Assembly: GCF_018350175.1 (NCBI RefSeq)
Contig: NC_058368.1
Span: forward strand, 44,890,001 to 44,954,000
Source of the DNA: Felis catus
Lineage: Eukaryota
Length of the DNA: 64,000 nucleotides
Direction of reading: 5' to 3'
Positions 26,200-38,530 of this stretch are shown here, piece by piece (positions within the stretch are counted from its first letter, which is position 1; each line of letters begins with the position of its first letter). The notes below the pieces were generated by a model, which worked only from the letters and a program-made list of their open reading frames with translations, was not told the origin of the DNA and searched no databases. Both the position numbers and the translations under genes were made by a program.

Positions 26200-28312
26200 A
26201 TATCTTATTTCAAAATAGAAAATAACATGGGGGAATTATGTTTCCAATTACAGGGGAATAACTTGTAGCTGACTAAAACCCTCACCAAGAACACCAGAAA
26301 AAATGTTACATATAATATCAAAATAATTAAATTAATTTAATAATAACTACTAAGGCAACCAGGATCTGATATATCAAGAACTTAAATAAAGATAAACTCA
26401 CAGAAGTCAGCTCAAAATTCTACACTGCTTTTTTTTTCCCTCTAAAGTTATTTACTAATTATAAGCAGCATAGGGTGAGACTCTGAGAAACTCAGCATAA
26501 TGAAGCAGCCAACAGTATCATGGGGCTTGGAGGAAAGGATGGATATTGGAATTAGGGGTTCCAAAGGTAATCAGAACTTGAGAGATAATTGAAGGGCCAC
26601 AAAGGAAAGTTTAGGAAAGGCTGTCATTGTGTACCAATTTTCCCCAGAGATATCTGTGAGTCCTAAGTACTGCTAGACAAGCAGAAAATGGCTTATAGGA
26701 CATTGAAATGTTAAATAGAACTTGAAAGATAAAAATTTGGATTCAAGGACCAGCAAGGATGAGGGATGCTGGTAACTACACAGGCTCTCAGTTGGGCCCC
26801 CTGAAGGATTGTATCCCAGGAGTCAAGGGTACTGGAAATACAAGAGATAACACAAAGACAGAAATCTAGATTTGAATCAATGAAGCCTCTGAGTGCATTA
26901 AGGTGATCCTCTAATCTAAATGTCATAAAATAGTCAAAATAAACCCCTTAAAAAAAGATAACTTGATAGAAACTCTGATTTCTTCTGCATGTATATAATG
27001 CTTGACATTAAAGTAAAAAAAATAGGCCTATAAATAAACTAGACCTAGGGAGAAAACAGACAATAGAAACAGGCTCCCAGATGGATCACTATTAGTTATA
27101 GATGTGAAAATATCTGTTATTAATATATTTTAATATAAATAAAAAGGTGGATAGTTTTAAGAACATTAGGTTATATGAATAAATCAACTGGAAATGTAAT
27201 AATTTAAGATTTTGGTAGAGGAATTGAACTTGCAGATTGGATGCAGGTGAAGCAAAGATAATGTAAAAATAAATAGAAAATATTGAAACTAAATTATTGA
27301 TATAAAAAGATAAAAACAGTAGTTTCTGAAACAAATGAAACTTGGTAAGACATTGTAATATTCCCATAATTATAGTTTTAAAAGTAGAGAGAGACATAAT
27401 AGGGCAAAAGCCATCTGAAGAAATATTGGCCAAGAGTTTTCAAAAATATGTTAAAGACATCAAGATTCAAGACTCACTATCCATCCACAATAAAACAAAA
27501 CTGCACATGATGGTAAAACCAATGCAAAGCTAGAAAAAAAAGGAAGAGAGAAAAAAAAACTTTCTTAAAAAGTTGCCAGAGAATACAAAATGAGAACTTT
27601 TCCTCCAACTTGTTTAATGAGGTAAATATAACACGGAAACAAAATTGAAAAAGATGTTACAAGGAAAGAAAAATTAATGGTCATTCTCTCTCCTACACAG
27701 ATTTATAAAAATCTTAAAAATTTTTAAATGTTCATTCATTTTTGAGAGACAGAGACAGACCATGAGCAGGGGTGGGGCAGAGAGACAGGGAGACACAGAA
27801 TTCGAAGAAGACTCTAGGCACAAAGCCCGATGTGGGGCTCGAACCGACAAACCATGAAATCATGACCTGAGCTAAAGTGGGATGCTCAACTGATTGAGCC
27901 ACCCAGGCACCCAGATTTACAAAAATTTTAAGCAAAATACTAGTAACTAAATACAAAACTGTATGTAAAAAAGAAATACATAAAAAAGATATATATTAAA
28001 TATATACTGGATAATGCATCACAAGTAAGTTACACTTAATTGAGGAACACATTTTCATCATATAAAATCAACTAATTCATTCATATAGCGAACATATTTA
28101 ATGGAAACCTTTCCTCATTGAGATTTAAAATGAAATTCATTAGTGCTACCTCTATTCAACATTTTTCTGGAGTGTCTTTCCAATGTAATGTAAGCAAAGA
28201 AAAAAATAAAAGTCCATTAGAGTTAGACAAGGAAAAACTATATAATTAATATTATTTCCAGAAGACATGTTTGTGCACATAGAAAATCCAAAAGAATCTG
28301 CAGACAAGTTTA
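26200..28312 (+). mobile_element. Highly diverged L1M remnants
   Basis: A-rich, with ctctattcaacatttttctggag and atagaaaatccaaaagaatct (IENPKES, L1 RT region). Boundaries approximate. Confidence 0.5.
27713..27912 (-). mobile_element. Can-SINE
   Basis: TSD cagatttataaaaat / cagatttacaaaaat. Confidence 0.9.
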
Positions 28313-30580
28313 CAAATCTAAATCCATTAAAATTATGTGTGTTCTCTGTTATCTACAATATTTGTCTACACAATATGGTTATTTTCACCAGACTTTACCA
28401 GTTTTTCCTTACATATTTAAAACTAATAGAAATTTTGCTATACCATATGTTTGCCTTTCACAAGTTTGCAAATTACAACCCCAGAATATGGTCATTTCCT
28501 GGGATATATTTTAGGAATTCAGGCTCAGGCATATGTGGCAAGAACATTCTTCTATACATTAACACATTGAACAGAAAAGTCACAAAATGCCCTGCAAGAA
28601 GGAGTTGTAAATCTAGACCGAACATATCATTATTGGATTTCAGTTTACTATGGAGAATCAAGTCAGGACTATCAGGAGTATAGGCTGCCAAAGAGATCAA
28701 AACTGACCCACTGAGATCCCAGTGTTTCTGGTCTGGTACCAGACTGCGTGAACAGAATCCTAAAGTCAAGATATTAGAGATGACCCTGCAGAAGGGCTCC
28801 AGATTGGCTTAAAGGAGGTTTGTGATAAGGGCTACATTCAGATCCTCATGTAAATTTCCTACAAGTCAAATAACATACTTATGGCTGAAAGGTTTATACC
28901 TCACTAAGATTTTCAGAGCCTGGGAAATGTTAGCAAGGAAAGAATTTAATGTAGCTGATCTTCAAGTCACTCAAGTTGTAGTGGACATGATATTAGAGGA
29001 AATAGTGAAAGAAATAGAATAATACCATTTTAGAGTTTGGTGAGACCAAAGAACTGCAAATGAAGTAGGGCACAGAATTTTACAGGATTTTTTTAAAGTC
29101 AAAAAGCTAATTACTGTGAAGGTGGCACCTTCTTTTATGTAATCTAGATACTCTAACAAATCTTGACTGTCATACAGATGTGGGCCTTTGCTGAAGAATT
29201 TGAAAGTAATTTAAAAGGATAAGTCAAAAGAACAAAGAGCTGGAAACTAGACTACAAACTATTTTTTCCGACTTCATCTTCACTCCTCACTTTTTTTTTC
29301 TAAAAGTTCTAAATCTTTGACTTTCCCCACATTATATTTGAAAACTAGTTATTTTTCTTAGAGGTTGGTAGATCCGTCAAGAAAAATGGTTATGTTGGTT
29401 TGACTTGATTTTTCTCCCTATAAAGTCACTGTCACAGTGCTTGCACATTTCCTCATAAATCATTTCATGATCTCAGGCTTGAATAGAACCCCTTGTCCTT
29501 GACCTTTGACTCAGGATTTAAGAAGAAGTTTCCACATCAGAGCATTTAGGATTATTAAACTAAGATTTATTATTTAATCTTCCCATCATATATCCAGCCT
29601 TATTAGTTTAACAAATCAGATCTTAAAATTTTATGAAATAGAGATATCTTTATAATGTTTCCTATAAATATAAAGTAAAAATCTGACATTGTATGATTTC
29701 TCTTATTGTCTAATTTTTACGTGTTCATCCTAAATAAACTTTATAATCTCTTTCCAATGTGAGAGTCTCTCAGATGTTGTGATCTGACACCGTAACTTTT
29801 ATCTTTATTGTGGCCCAATAATGTAAAGCTTCAAGTTCCAAGAAATGAAATTTAAAAAGGGCAATATGACTTCTTCCCATCGGAATTTAAACATGCTTAG
29901 GAATTCCCCAACCAGTGATATACAAAACAATAAAATGATTACCAAATTTTCTCGATCTCATGAACTCAAGCCACAGCTATTCCTATTTCCTTTCCCAACC
30001 ATATGTCTGTCCCCAAAGTGTTGTCTGCACTCATTATCCTAATTCCTGACCCTCTGAATACTCCTCAATCCATGGCAATCTAACTTCCCAATCACCTATA
30101 TAATGAAACTGCTTTTGCAACAGCACTAGTGTCTTTTCTTATGGCTTTATTTAGCTTTAATTGTCATTTCTTAATTGCTGAGAACTGGCCAATGTGCATT
30201 CGTATTCCTATGCTGAACAATTCAGGACTGAACATCACTTACATTTCCTGTACCAAACAATTCTGAAAAAAAAAAAGGATATTTTCTTCTTTTTGTGGTA
30301 AATAATATTGGGATCCTGTGGAAATAATTTGACTCTCGCACCAGGAAATAGTTACTTCTAGAAGATTAGACTGTGAATTAACTTAAAAAAATAAACGGCT
30401 GTAAGAACTAACTACTATTCATCTCTTTTCACTTTAAGACTCTCTACCTATGTGCCCATTTAAAGCTATTACACCATAAATTGTGCACTGTCAATCAGGC
30501 TCCAGCCTTCAGTGTCTCCATGGTTCAAACTACATATGATATATTATAAATGCCTAACGATCTGATATTTTCTCCAACAC

Positions 30581-30796
30581 TTTAAAAAAATTTTTTTAAC
30601 GTTTATTCACTTTTGAGAGAGAGAGACAGAGGGTGAGCAGGGGAGGTTACAGAGAGAGAGACACACAGAATCTGAAGCAGACTCCAGGCTCTGGGCTGTC
30701 AGCACAGAGCCCAACGTGGGGCTTGAACCCATGAACTGCAGATTCATGATCTGAGCCCAATCAGATGCTTAACCAACTAAGCCACCCAGGCGCCCC
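30581..30796 (-). mobile_element. Can-SINE
   Basis: TSD tattttctccaac. Confidence 0.92.
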
Positions 30797-31452
30797 TATT
30801 TTCTCCAACTCTTAATACCTATCAGCTCAAGTTCTAATTCTAATCATACTAATTAATTCCAGTTTTCCATACCTGTTTCTTCTATAGCCTTCACACACAT
30901 TTTGCTCTTTACCTAAAACCTCCATAATATAGTCACATTCTCATGGATAGCTTTACTTTTTCAGAAATTAGTTTAACTATCACTTTTGTTTCAGAAAGAT
31001 GTGTTTTAATCCATATTGTTTGGGGAGTCATGGTTTACCCTGACATGCTAATTATCCAATATGTTTTAAATATGTCTTTGGCATGTAGAATATTTTAGGA
31101 GTTTAATTATTTGTTGAGTAAATGAGTGAAAATATTCTATGAGAAATTGGCCTTGGCCAAATACTGATTTTAATTGCTCATGGTTTTCTTGTATGCTTCA
31201 TTGAACACAAAAATATACTTTTGGTTAAGTAATATATATCCCCAAATTTGACAGTGTGCCTGGCACACAGAAAGTAGTTAGTAAATGTTTGTGTGAATTC
31301 CTATTGTTGAATTTCAAATAGCTTCCAGAACTGAGAAGAAAAAGAATACATAACTACTCTAACCCAAATATGAATGCTTTTGTGTTCTCTGATAGTGTTT
31401 TTATGCACATTGTGAAAATACTAAAGAATACACTAAGTATACTACAGAAATA

Positions 31453-31686
31453 TTTTTATTTTAATTTTTTAATATTTTAAAATATTTATTTTTAGGACAG
31501 AGAGAGACACACACACAGAGTGTGACTGGGGGAGGGGCAGAGAGAGAAGGAGACATAGAATCTGAAGCAGGCTCCAGGCTCTGAGCTGTCAGGACAAAGC
31601 CCAAGGTGGAGTTTGGACCCACAAACCATGAGATCATGACCTGAGCCAAAGTTGGACACTTAACTGATTGAGCCACCCAGGTGCAC
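31453..31686 (-). mobile_element. Can-SINE
   Basis: Reverse head; TSD cagaaatatttt / cagaaaatacttt. Confidence 0.9.
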
Positions 31687-31717
31687 TCAGAAAATACTTT
31701 TAAAAATCCTTTAAACA

Positions 31718-31929
31718 GGGGAAGTTGGGTGGCTCAGTTGGTTAAGCATCCGACTTTGGCTCAGGTCATGATGTTGCCATCTGTGAGTTTGAGCCCCACA
31801 TCAGGCTCTGTGCTGACAGCGCAGAGCCTGGAGCCTGTTTCAGATTCTGTGTCTCCCTTGCTCTCTATCCTTCCCCCATTCACACTCTGTCTCTCAAAAA
31901 TAAATAAAAATATTAAAATTTTTTTTTGT
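31718..31929 (+). mobile_element. Can-SINE
   Basis: TSD aaaatcctttaaa. Confidence 0.9.
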
Positions 31930-32945
31930 AAAATCCTTTAAATAGATACAATGAATTTATTTCAAACAAAGGTCCCTAAGACTAGGTCCCAGTGTCATTA
32001 TATCTTTAATGTTATTATATAAGTGTAGACCTAACTAAAATGGCAAATAAATTTTCAACTTTTTTTTTTCTGTAGCAATAAGATAGTTTTTGTTTTGAGG
32101 GAATAATCTAAAGAACATTCCCATAATTTCAGATAAAGGAATTACCAATACATAATTCTTGGGTGAGAAACTGAAGACAGTGAAAGATGTTATTTAAGTT
32201 ATTAAGAAATAAGTATTTGTGTTAGCTATGAAGTTAGTGTATACTACAAGCTTCTGTTCATATTAGCAAAACATTTATTTTAACTTTAAAAATTGTTTCT
32301 CATTAAAAGTTTGTTATTTGCTTCCTTCTTTACATTGCTTAAATATTTTATGTGAAACATATGTCATTTAAATTTTAAAACCATAAAGTCATTATTACAA
32401 ATCATTATGTAATATTATGTAAATAATATTATGCAGATAATTATGTAATATTATGTAAATAATATCAAAGATCAAAAAGTAACCAAAAATTATCAGGCAA
32501 TAAAATACAATAGTAATGCTTATGTCACCCTGAAAGTCCTACACCTAAAGTTAATATTTGATTATTTAAAAAAGATAAAGAAAAGAAATGGGAAAAATTT
32601 GTAAATAAGTAAATTTAAAGAACCACCTTTGCTTATTACAATAGGAGAGTATGAAGCATCATCATCATATATTGGTATGGCAGAGTAAACCAATGTTCAA
32701 CATGAATGTCTGGTTATACAAACACACTAATTTTCAAATCTTTTAATAACCCCCAAGAGAGAGATTTAGAACCAGGAAGTATTAGAAGGGATAAAGTTCA
32801 AGCACCAGGTGCTACTACTTAGAAACAAGAAAAATGAACATAGTCATTAATGTTGCTTCTGGGTACAATTTCGTCTTATAAGATAATTGGAATTTTAAGT
32901 AAGGCTTTTTATCAGAGTATTGAAACACACACAAATGCAAACACG

Positions 32946-32947
<2 letters not shown>

Positions 32948-32990
<43 letters not shown>
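32948..32990. repeat. (CA)n microsatellite
   Basis: AC run. Confidence 0.97.
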
Positions 32991-32992
<2 letters not shown>

Positions 32993-33399
32993 GGATAAGA
33001 AAGAATAAAGAAAAATGAGCTAGGAAAAAAAAACTGTATATATTCTAGGCTCTATCATTTATTGCATTCTGAATCTCAATTAATGGATCTGTAAAATAGA
33101 ATATCATTAAAAACCTCCTTGTAGAATACTTGTGGAAAGAAATGAAATATGTATTTGAATCTGTTAAGTATATTTCCAATGAAATACCAGATGTGAAAAT
33201 GTAACCAATAATATTTGTAAAATAAAAAGGGTACTTTTATGAGGTGTGCATCAGTATGCTGCAAATGTTTCTTGAAAAATTACACCTACCTTTAATAATA
33301 AATAATCCTATAAACATGAAGGATACTTTGTCGTTTTCCTCTTCTAAATTTTAAAGTGTATAATCTATAGATATATCTATTTAACTTAGAAGTATTTTT

Positions 33400-33633
33400 A
33401 TTTTTTTTATTTTTTTTAAATTTTTTTTAACGTTTATTTATTTTTGAGACAGAGAGAGAGACAGAGCATGAACAGGGGAGGGGCAGAGAGAGAAGGAGAC
33501 ACAGAATCTGAAACAGGCTCCAGGCTCTGAGCCATCAGCCCAGAGCCTGACGCGGGGCTCGAACCCACAGACCACGAGATCATGACCTGAGCTGAAGTTG
33601 GCCGCTTAACCAACCAAGCCACCCAGGCGCCCC
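33400..33633 (-). mobile_element. Fairly young felid Can-SINE
   Basis: Perfect TSD aacttagaagtattttt. Confidence 0.95.
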
Positions 33634-33899
33634 AACTTAGAAGTATTTTTAAATGTTTGAAATTGCCAAATTGAAATAATTGAAATATTTCCAAGATCTT
33701 TAAACTGAAAATAAAGAAAATCATAATTGAGGGCATGAAAAGAAGAGTTGACAAGTCATATTTAGATGCTGAAAGTTCTCAACAAAACGATGCCAAATCT
33801 GGGAAGAAAGACAACTACTAAGAGGGAATGGGGAATGCTACAAAATCTGAAAGTGTTTCTAATATGAAATGCAGTTGCGAATTGATTAATTGAAAATGA

Positions 33900-35397
33900 T
33901 TAATCAAAACAAGTTCTGTTCTGAGAAGATATACCACACAACAAAGGAATTACAATAATGTGCTAACTTGGATAGTAGGTACCTGGGAAGTGCCTATAGG
34001 AAAAGATTCAGAAGTTATCAGATTACGATTGACCTGGATGAAATAAAATGATGTTTCTCCTCACCCAGGATTCAGAGGAGTGGCTCTAACATCTATTGGG
34101 CTAATGGAATCCTAAACTAAAAGGGATCCTAGAATCTGTAATGCCAAGATTTCTCAGTCATATAGAAGAAGAAATAAAAATACTTATGTATATGGGAATG
34201 ATACAGCAGATCTATCATAGCCAAAATATGAAAGAGTAGAGATGCTATTACATCCCAACTTAATTCATTCATTTGGTAGGTACAAATTCCAGATGGATCT
34301 TGAATAATGACCAGATTATCACAAACATAAGCAGGTAGTGATGATAATTATAGCTGATATTCTAGATGTTGATATTTTTACAGAGAAAAATCAACACAGC
34401 CCTGGCACTTAGTATTCAGCTATCAACCTGGCAGAACACTTTTTTCTCAATCAACAGTATTAAGGAAATCAGAACTTGTTTACCTTCTTCTAACAGAAGC
34501 ATCAGCATCATTTCAATGGCTTGCCACAGAGAAAGGGCAACTCTTTACAGTGTGCAAGAGCTTTGATCACCTTGATATCCCATAAAACATCACATATTTA
34601 CACGATATCTGTGACATTATGATCACTGGATCTGACGGGGAGGAAAGAGCAGGTGTGCTAGATGTCTTCCTTGCCAGAGAGTGAGAGAAAAATCTTGCAA
34701 AATTTAAAAGGCCTATCACACTGTTGAAAATTCTAGGGGTATAGCAGTTTGACCATGTTAAGAAATTACTCATAAAGTGAAAGACCTTAAATGGTATACC
34801 ATGTGTCACTGCCACTATGAAAAAGGCATAAGTTTTGATTGTCTTTTTGTTGGAGATATAACATACAAAATTGAGGTGTTCTATAACTACGAGTTTGCCA
34901 GTAAACTCCCAAGTCTATCAGCTCTGACAGAGGCCCAGAGAAAGGCCTCTGCTGCAGGTTTGAGCTGTGGAACAAGCAGTTCTATGCCTGGGGCCTTATA
35001 ATCCGGAAGACTAGATATGAGTAGAGGGTCTGTAACTTCTAGAAATGCTGAAGGTACCTTGTGGCCAGACCGGTAAGAGAATTATAGCTCAGCAAGACTT
35101 TGGGAACAAAATCATAGTTTTTCCAATAAACATTCTGAATCTGAGAATCATCTCCTCGCTTACCACTGGGTCATAGAAGAGAATGAATGCTAGCCAGGAG
35201 GCAACTGTTAACTAACCAACCCATTACAATTTTCGAAATCATTAAGAAGAATGTGTGCATTAGCATTCCATCAAATTAGAAATGATACATATGAGAATGG
35301 GCTCTAGCAGGTCCAGAAGTAAACTGCATGAATATGTGGCTAGACTCCCTAATATGTATTTCTGCTCTAGTAACACTTCAACCAGTACCTAGGGCCT
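33900..35397 (+). mobile_element. Degraded ERV-L internal region: gag fragment then pol (RT/RNase H)
   Basis: Frameshifted translations resemble ERV-L Pol, e.g. NSFIW*VQIPDGS*IM..DYHKHKQVV..KINTA..NTFFSI versus [38 protein letters not shown]. An AGPE..SKLHEYVA-like segment lies near 35310-35340. Confidence 0.8.
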
Positions 35398-36017
35398 TCT
35401 ATTAGTTTTCTATTGATAGTAACTAATGATCACAAAAGTGTCAGCTTTAAACAACCCATTAGGAGTGTGTGTCAAGAGTCAAGACATGGTTTGAATCCTC
35501 TGATCAGGGTCTCAGAAGGCTGCAGTAAAAGGTATTGGCCAGGATACACTATCATCTGTAGGCTCAACTGGGAAAGAATCTACATTTAAGTTCACTCAGG
35601 GTATTGGCAAAATTCATTTCCTTGTGTCTGTTGAACTGAGGACTGTGCTTCTTGCTGACTTTCATCGAGATGATGCCCTCAGCTCCTAGAGGTCATCCTC
35701 AGGTCTTGAAGGAAACTATCAACTCTTAAAGGCCACCCACAATTTCTATAGGTCATCTATAGTTCTTTCCACACAGGCCTCCTCACTATGGATGCTTTCT
35801 TCATCAAGTCAGCACAGAGGATCTCTAGAGAGAATCTAAATGCAAGATAGCATTTTATATAATATGAGATAACCACAAGAGCAATACTGCATAATTTTTT
35901 CTACACTCTATTGGTTAGAACCAAGTCACAGACCCTTCTCATACTCAGAGGGAGTCATACAAAGCTTCAGTTACAAGAAAGCAGGGATCACTGAGGGTCA
36001 TCTTTGTGTGTGCCACA
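35398..36017 (-). mobile_element. MLT1-type (ERVL-MaLR) solo LTR inserted into the ERV-L
   Basis: Begins tattagttttctattg...tttaaacaac (reverse of an MLT1 3' end) and ends tgccaca (reverse of the TGTGG start). About 620 bp. Confidence 0.7.
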
Positions 36018-36580
36018 GATCTGACAAGGAGGGGCCTATGACCCATTCAGAAAAGCTGAAATCATAGATCTGCTTTATACATCCTGAAACAAGTGGCCTT
36101 TAAAACAAATTATTACTTTGATAATACATGGAATTCTTGCTTACAAAAAATTTTAACATTAAAGGTTTGGCGGTCCATTTTCAAATGTCAATTTTCTCCT
36201 GACTAACTTAGGCTCCCCTTGACACTGAATCAACAGGCAAGCAAGATGTTACACTGTGGGTTAGAGTGATCAGTCCCAATTATTAAGGGGAAAACATGGG
36301 TTGCTTGTAAAATGTGGCTAATGAGGAAGATGTCTGGAAACCAGGAGACCGACAGGAATGCCACTGAGCAATCTTATATCCAGTGATAAAGATCAGTTGT
36401 GGCAACCCATTCAATACAGGACTAGTAAGGACTCAGGACCTTCAGGAACAAAGGTTTAGCTTCCTCCACTAGGTAAATAACATTGACAAAATTGGTACTG
36501 TCAGAGAACAAGATGTATATGGAACTGCTGAGGGACTAAAGAAGTTAGGATTAATAAGCTAGGTCACTCACCAGCAACAA
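36018..36580 (+). mobile_element. ERV-L internal region resumed: RNase H remnant and dUTPase-like 3' segment
   Basis: LNQQASK..VISPNY*G..VWKPGD..PSGTKV*LPPLGK-like translation resembles the ERV-L dUTPase and downstream region (LNQQAKKGVTVLAGVIDPDYQ..PSGMKVWVTPPGK). Confidence 0.7.
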
Positions 36581-36913
36581 AATTCACTTTCCCTTATTTC
36601 CCTTGCATGGCTATAATCAAGATACAATGGTATATCATAGATTTGATAGGATATTGATCCCTATTAAAGATATTAATATTTTATCATTAGTAAATTGAAA
36701 AACAAATCCTGTTAGGCTTTCAATAAACATCCAAATATATAAATAAGATAAATGTGAGATTACTGATCAGTGTTATTGTTGATGTTGTATGAAGTCCACA
36801 ACGGAAACTTCTTTTAAAGGAAACAAATTATTAAAAAAAAAAAGTTAAAAATAAAACTTTAGTAATTATCCAGCATACCTTAAATATATAGGTTTTGGAA
36901 AAAGATGCTCCTA

Positions 36914-37138
36914 GGGGTGCCTGGTGGCTCAGTTGGTTAAAGCATCCAACTTTGGCTCATGTCATGATCTCACAGCTTGTGGGTTCAAGCCCCATGTGGG
37001 GCTCTGAACTGACAGCTCAGAGCCTGGAGCCAGCTTTGGATTCTGTGTCTCCTGCTTTCTCTGCCCCTCCCTGGCTCATGCGCACTCTCTCTTTCTCTCT
37101 CACTCTCTCAAATAAATAAACATTAAAAATTAAAAAAA
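36914..37138 (+). mobile_element. Can-SINE
   Basis: Head, (CT)n, tail. Confidence 0.9.
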
Positions 37139-37199
37139 CAAGATGTTTTAAAATACAAAAACCATTGTTGGTATTTTAGCTTACAAATTTATTCTTTTC

Positions 37200-37384
37200 C
37201 TTTTTTTAAATGTGTATTCATTTTCGAGAGGGAGAGCTTGAGTGGGGGAGGGGTAGAGAGAGAAAGGGGGACAGAGGATTCAAAGCATGCTCTGCACTGA
37301 CAGCAGAGAGTTCGATGTGGGGCTTGAAGTAAGGAACCTGAGCCAAAGTCGGACACTCAACTTACTGAGCCATCCAGGTGACCC
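37200..37384 (-). mobile_element. Can-SINE (internal deletion)
   Basis: Reverse head gagccatccaggtgaccc; TSD tattcttttcct / tattctttttct. Confidence 0.85.
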
Positions 37385-37487
37385 AGTATATTCTTTTTCT
37401 AAGTGGTAAAGTCTTCCAAATAAAAATTTTCCTCCAGTTATCATGTTTCTATCTGTAAAATAATAACTTAATGAATTTTAAAGTGCA

Positions 37488-37632
37488 ATAATAATAAAAG
37501 CTAACCTATATTGAGCATATGTAATGTAGCAGGTGCCCTCCTACATGATCTCATATTTGATATACAACTACTTTGTTCCCATCTTACAGGTTTGAAAACT
37601 AAGGCCAAGAGAACTTAAGTAACTTGTATAAG
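37488..37632 (-). mobile_element. MIR relic
   Basis: cccatcttacaggtttgaaaactaaggcc..ttaagtaacttg reverse MIR core. Confidence 0.55.
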
Positions 37633-37913
37633 GAATCAGGCATGAAAGTTTGCAAAAAATCTATGACAGATAGACTCATTCTGAAAGAATTACTCTACGG
37701 TAAACTCAAGCACAATTTCAAATAACCAAGATTACAAAGGATATAAGAATAACCAAGCAGTAAAAATGCATAATTGTGACAATATAAATAATTGTTGAAT
37801 CATAATGTACATTATAAAAATAAAGTGTATCCCATATTATCCTTTGGAAATTTTAGGAATTGGATTTGGGGGTAAAAGGCAAATGAGGCAAATGTTACTC
37901 TCTTAACTTAGGG

Positions 37914-37973
<60 letters not shown>
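37914..37973. repeat. Compound (A)n(TA)n microsatellite
   Basis: Poly-A followed by an AT run. Confidence 0.95.
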
Positions 37974-37975
<2 letters not shown>

Positions 37976-38040
37976 TTTATATATTGGAAGAAAAAGGTAA
38001 AAATACGTGGTGAAATGCCAAACTTAAATCTAAAATCACT

Positions 38041-38452
38041 GGGGTGCCTGGGTTGCTTCAGTTGGTTAAGCATCTGAAGCATCTAGGGGCGCCTGGGTGG
38101 CGCAGTCGGTTAAGCGTCCGACTTCAGCCAGGTCACGATCTTGCGGTCCGTGAGTTCGAGCCCCGCATCAGGCTCTGGGCTGATGGCTCAGAGCCTGGAG
38201 CCTGTTTCCGATTCTGTGTCTCCCTCTCTCTCTGCTCCTCCCCCGTTCATGCTCTGTCTCTCTCTGTCTCAAAAATAAATAAACGTTAAAAAAAAAATTA
38301 AAAAAAAAAAAAGCATCTGAAGCATCTGAATTCCACTCAGGGTATGATCTCACGGTTTGTGAGTTTAAGCCCCTCATGGGCTCTGTGCTGACAGCTCGGA
38401 GCCTGGAGCCTACTTCAGATTCTGTGTCTCCCTCTCTCTGCCCCTCCATGCC

Positions 38453-38502
<50 letters not shown>

Positions 38503-38530
38503 AATAAATAAACGTTAAAATTTTTTTAAA
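38041..38530 (+). mobile_element. Older Can-SINE containing a nested young SINE (38086-38310)
   Basis: Head interrupted after ggttaagcatctg; inner TSD aagcatctgaagcatct; the outer element resumes at about 38328. Confidence 0.93.
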
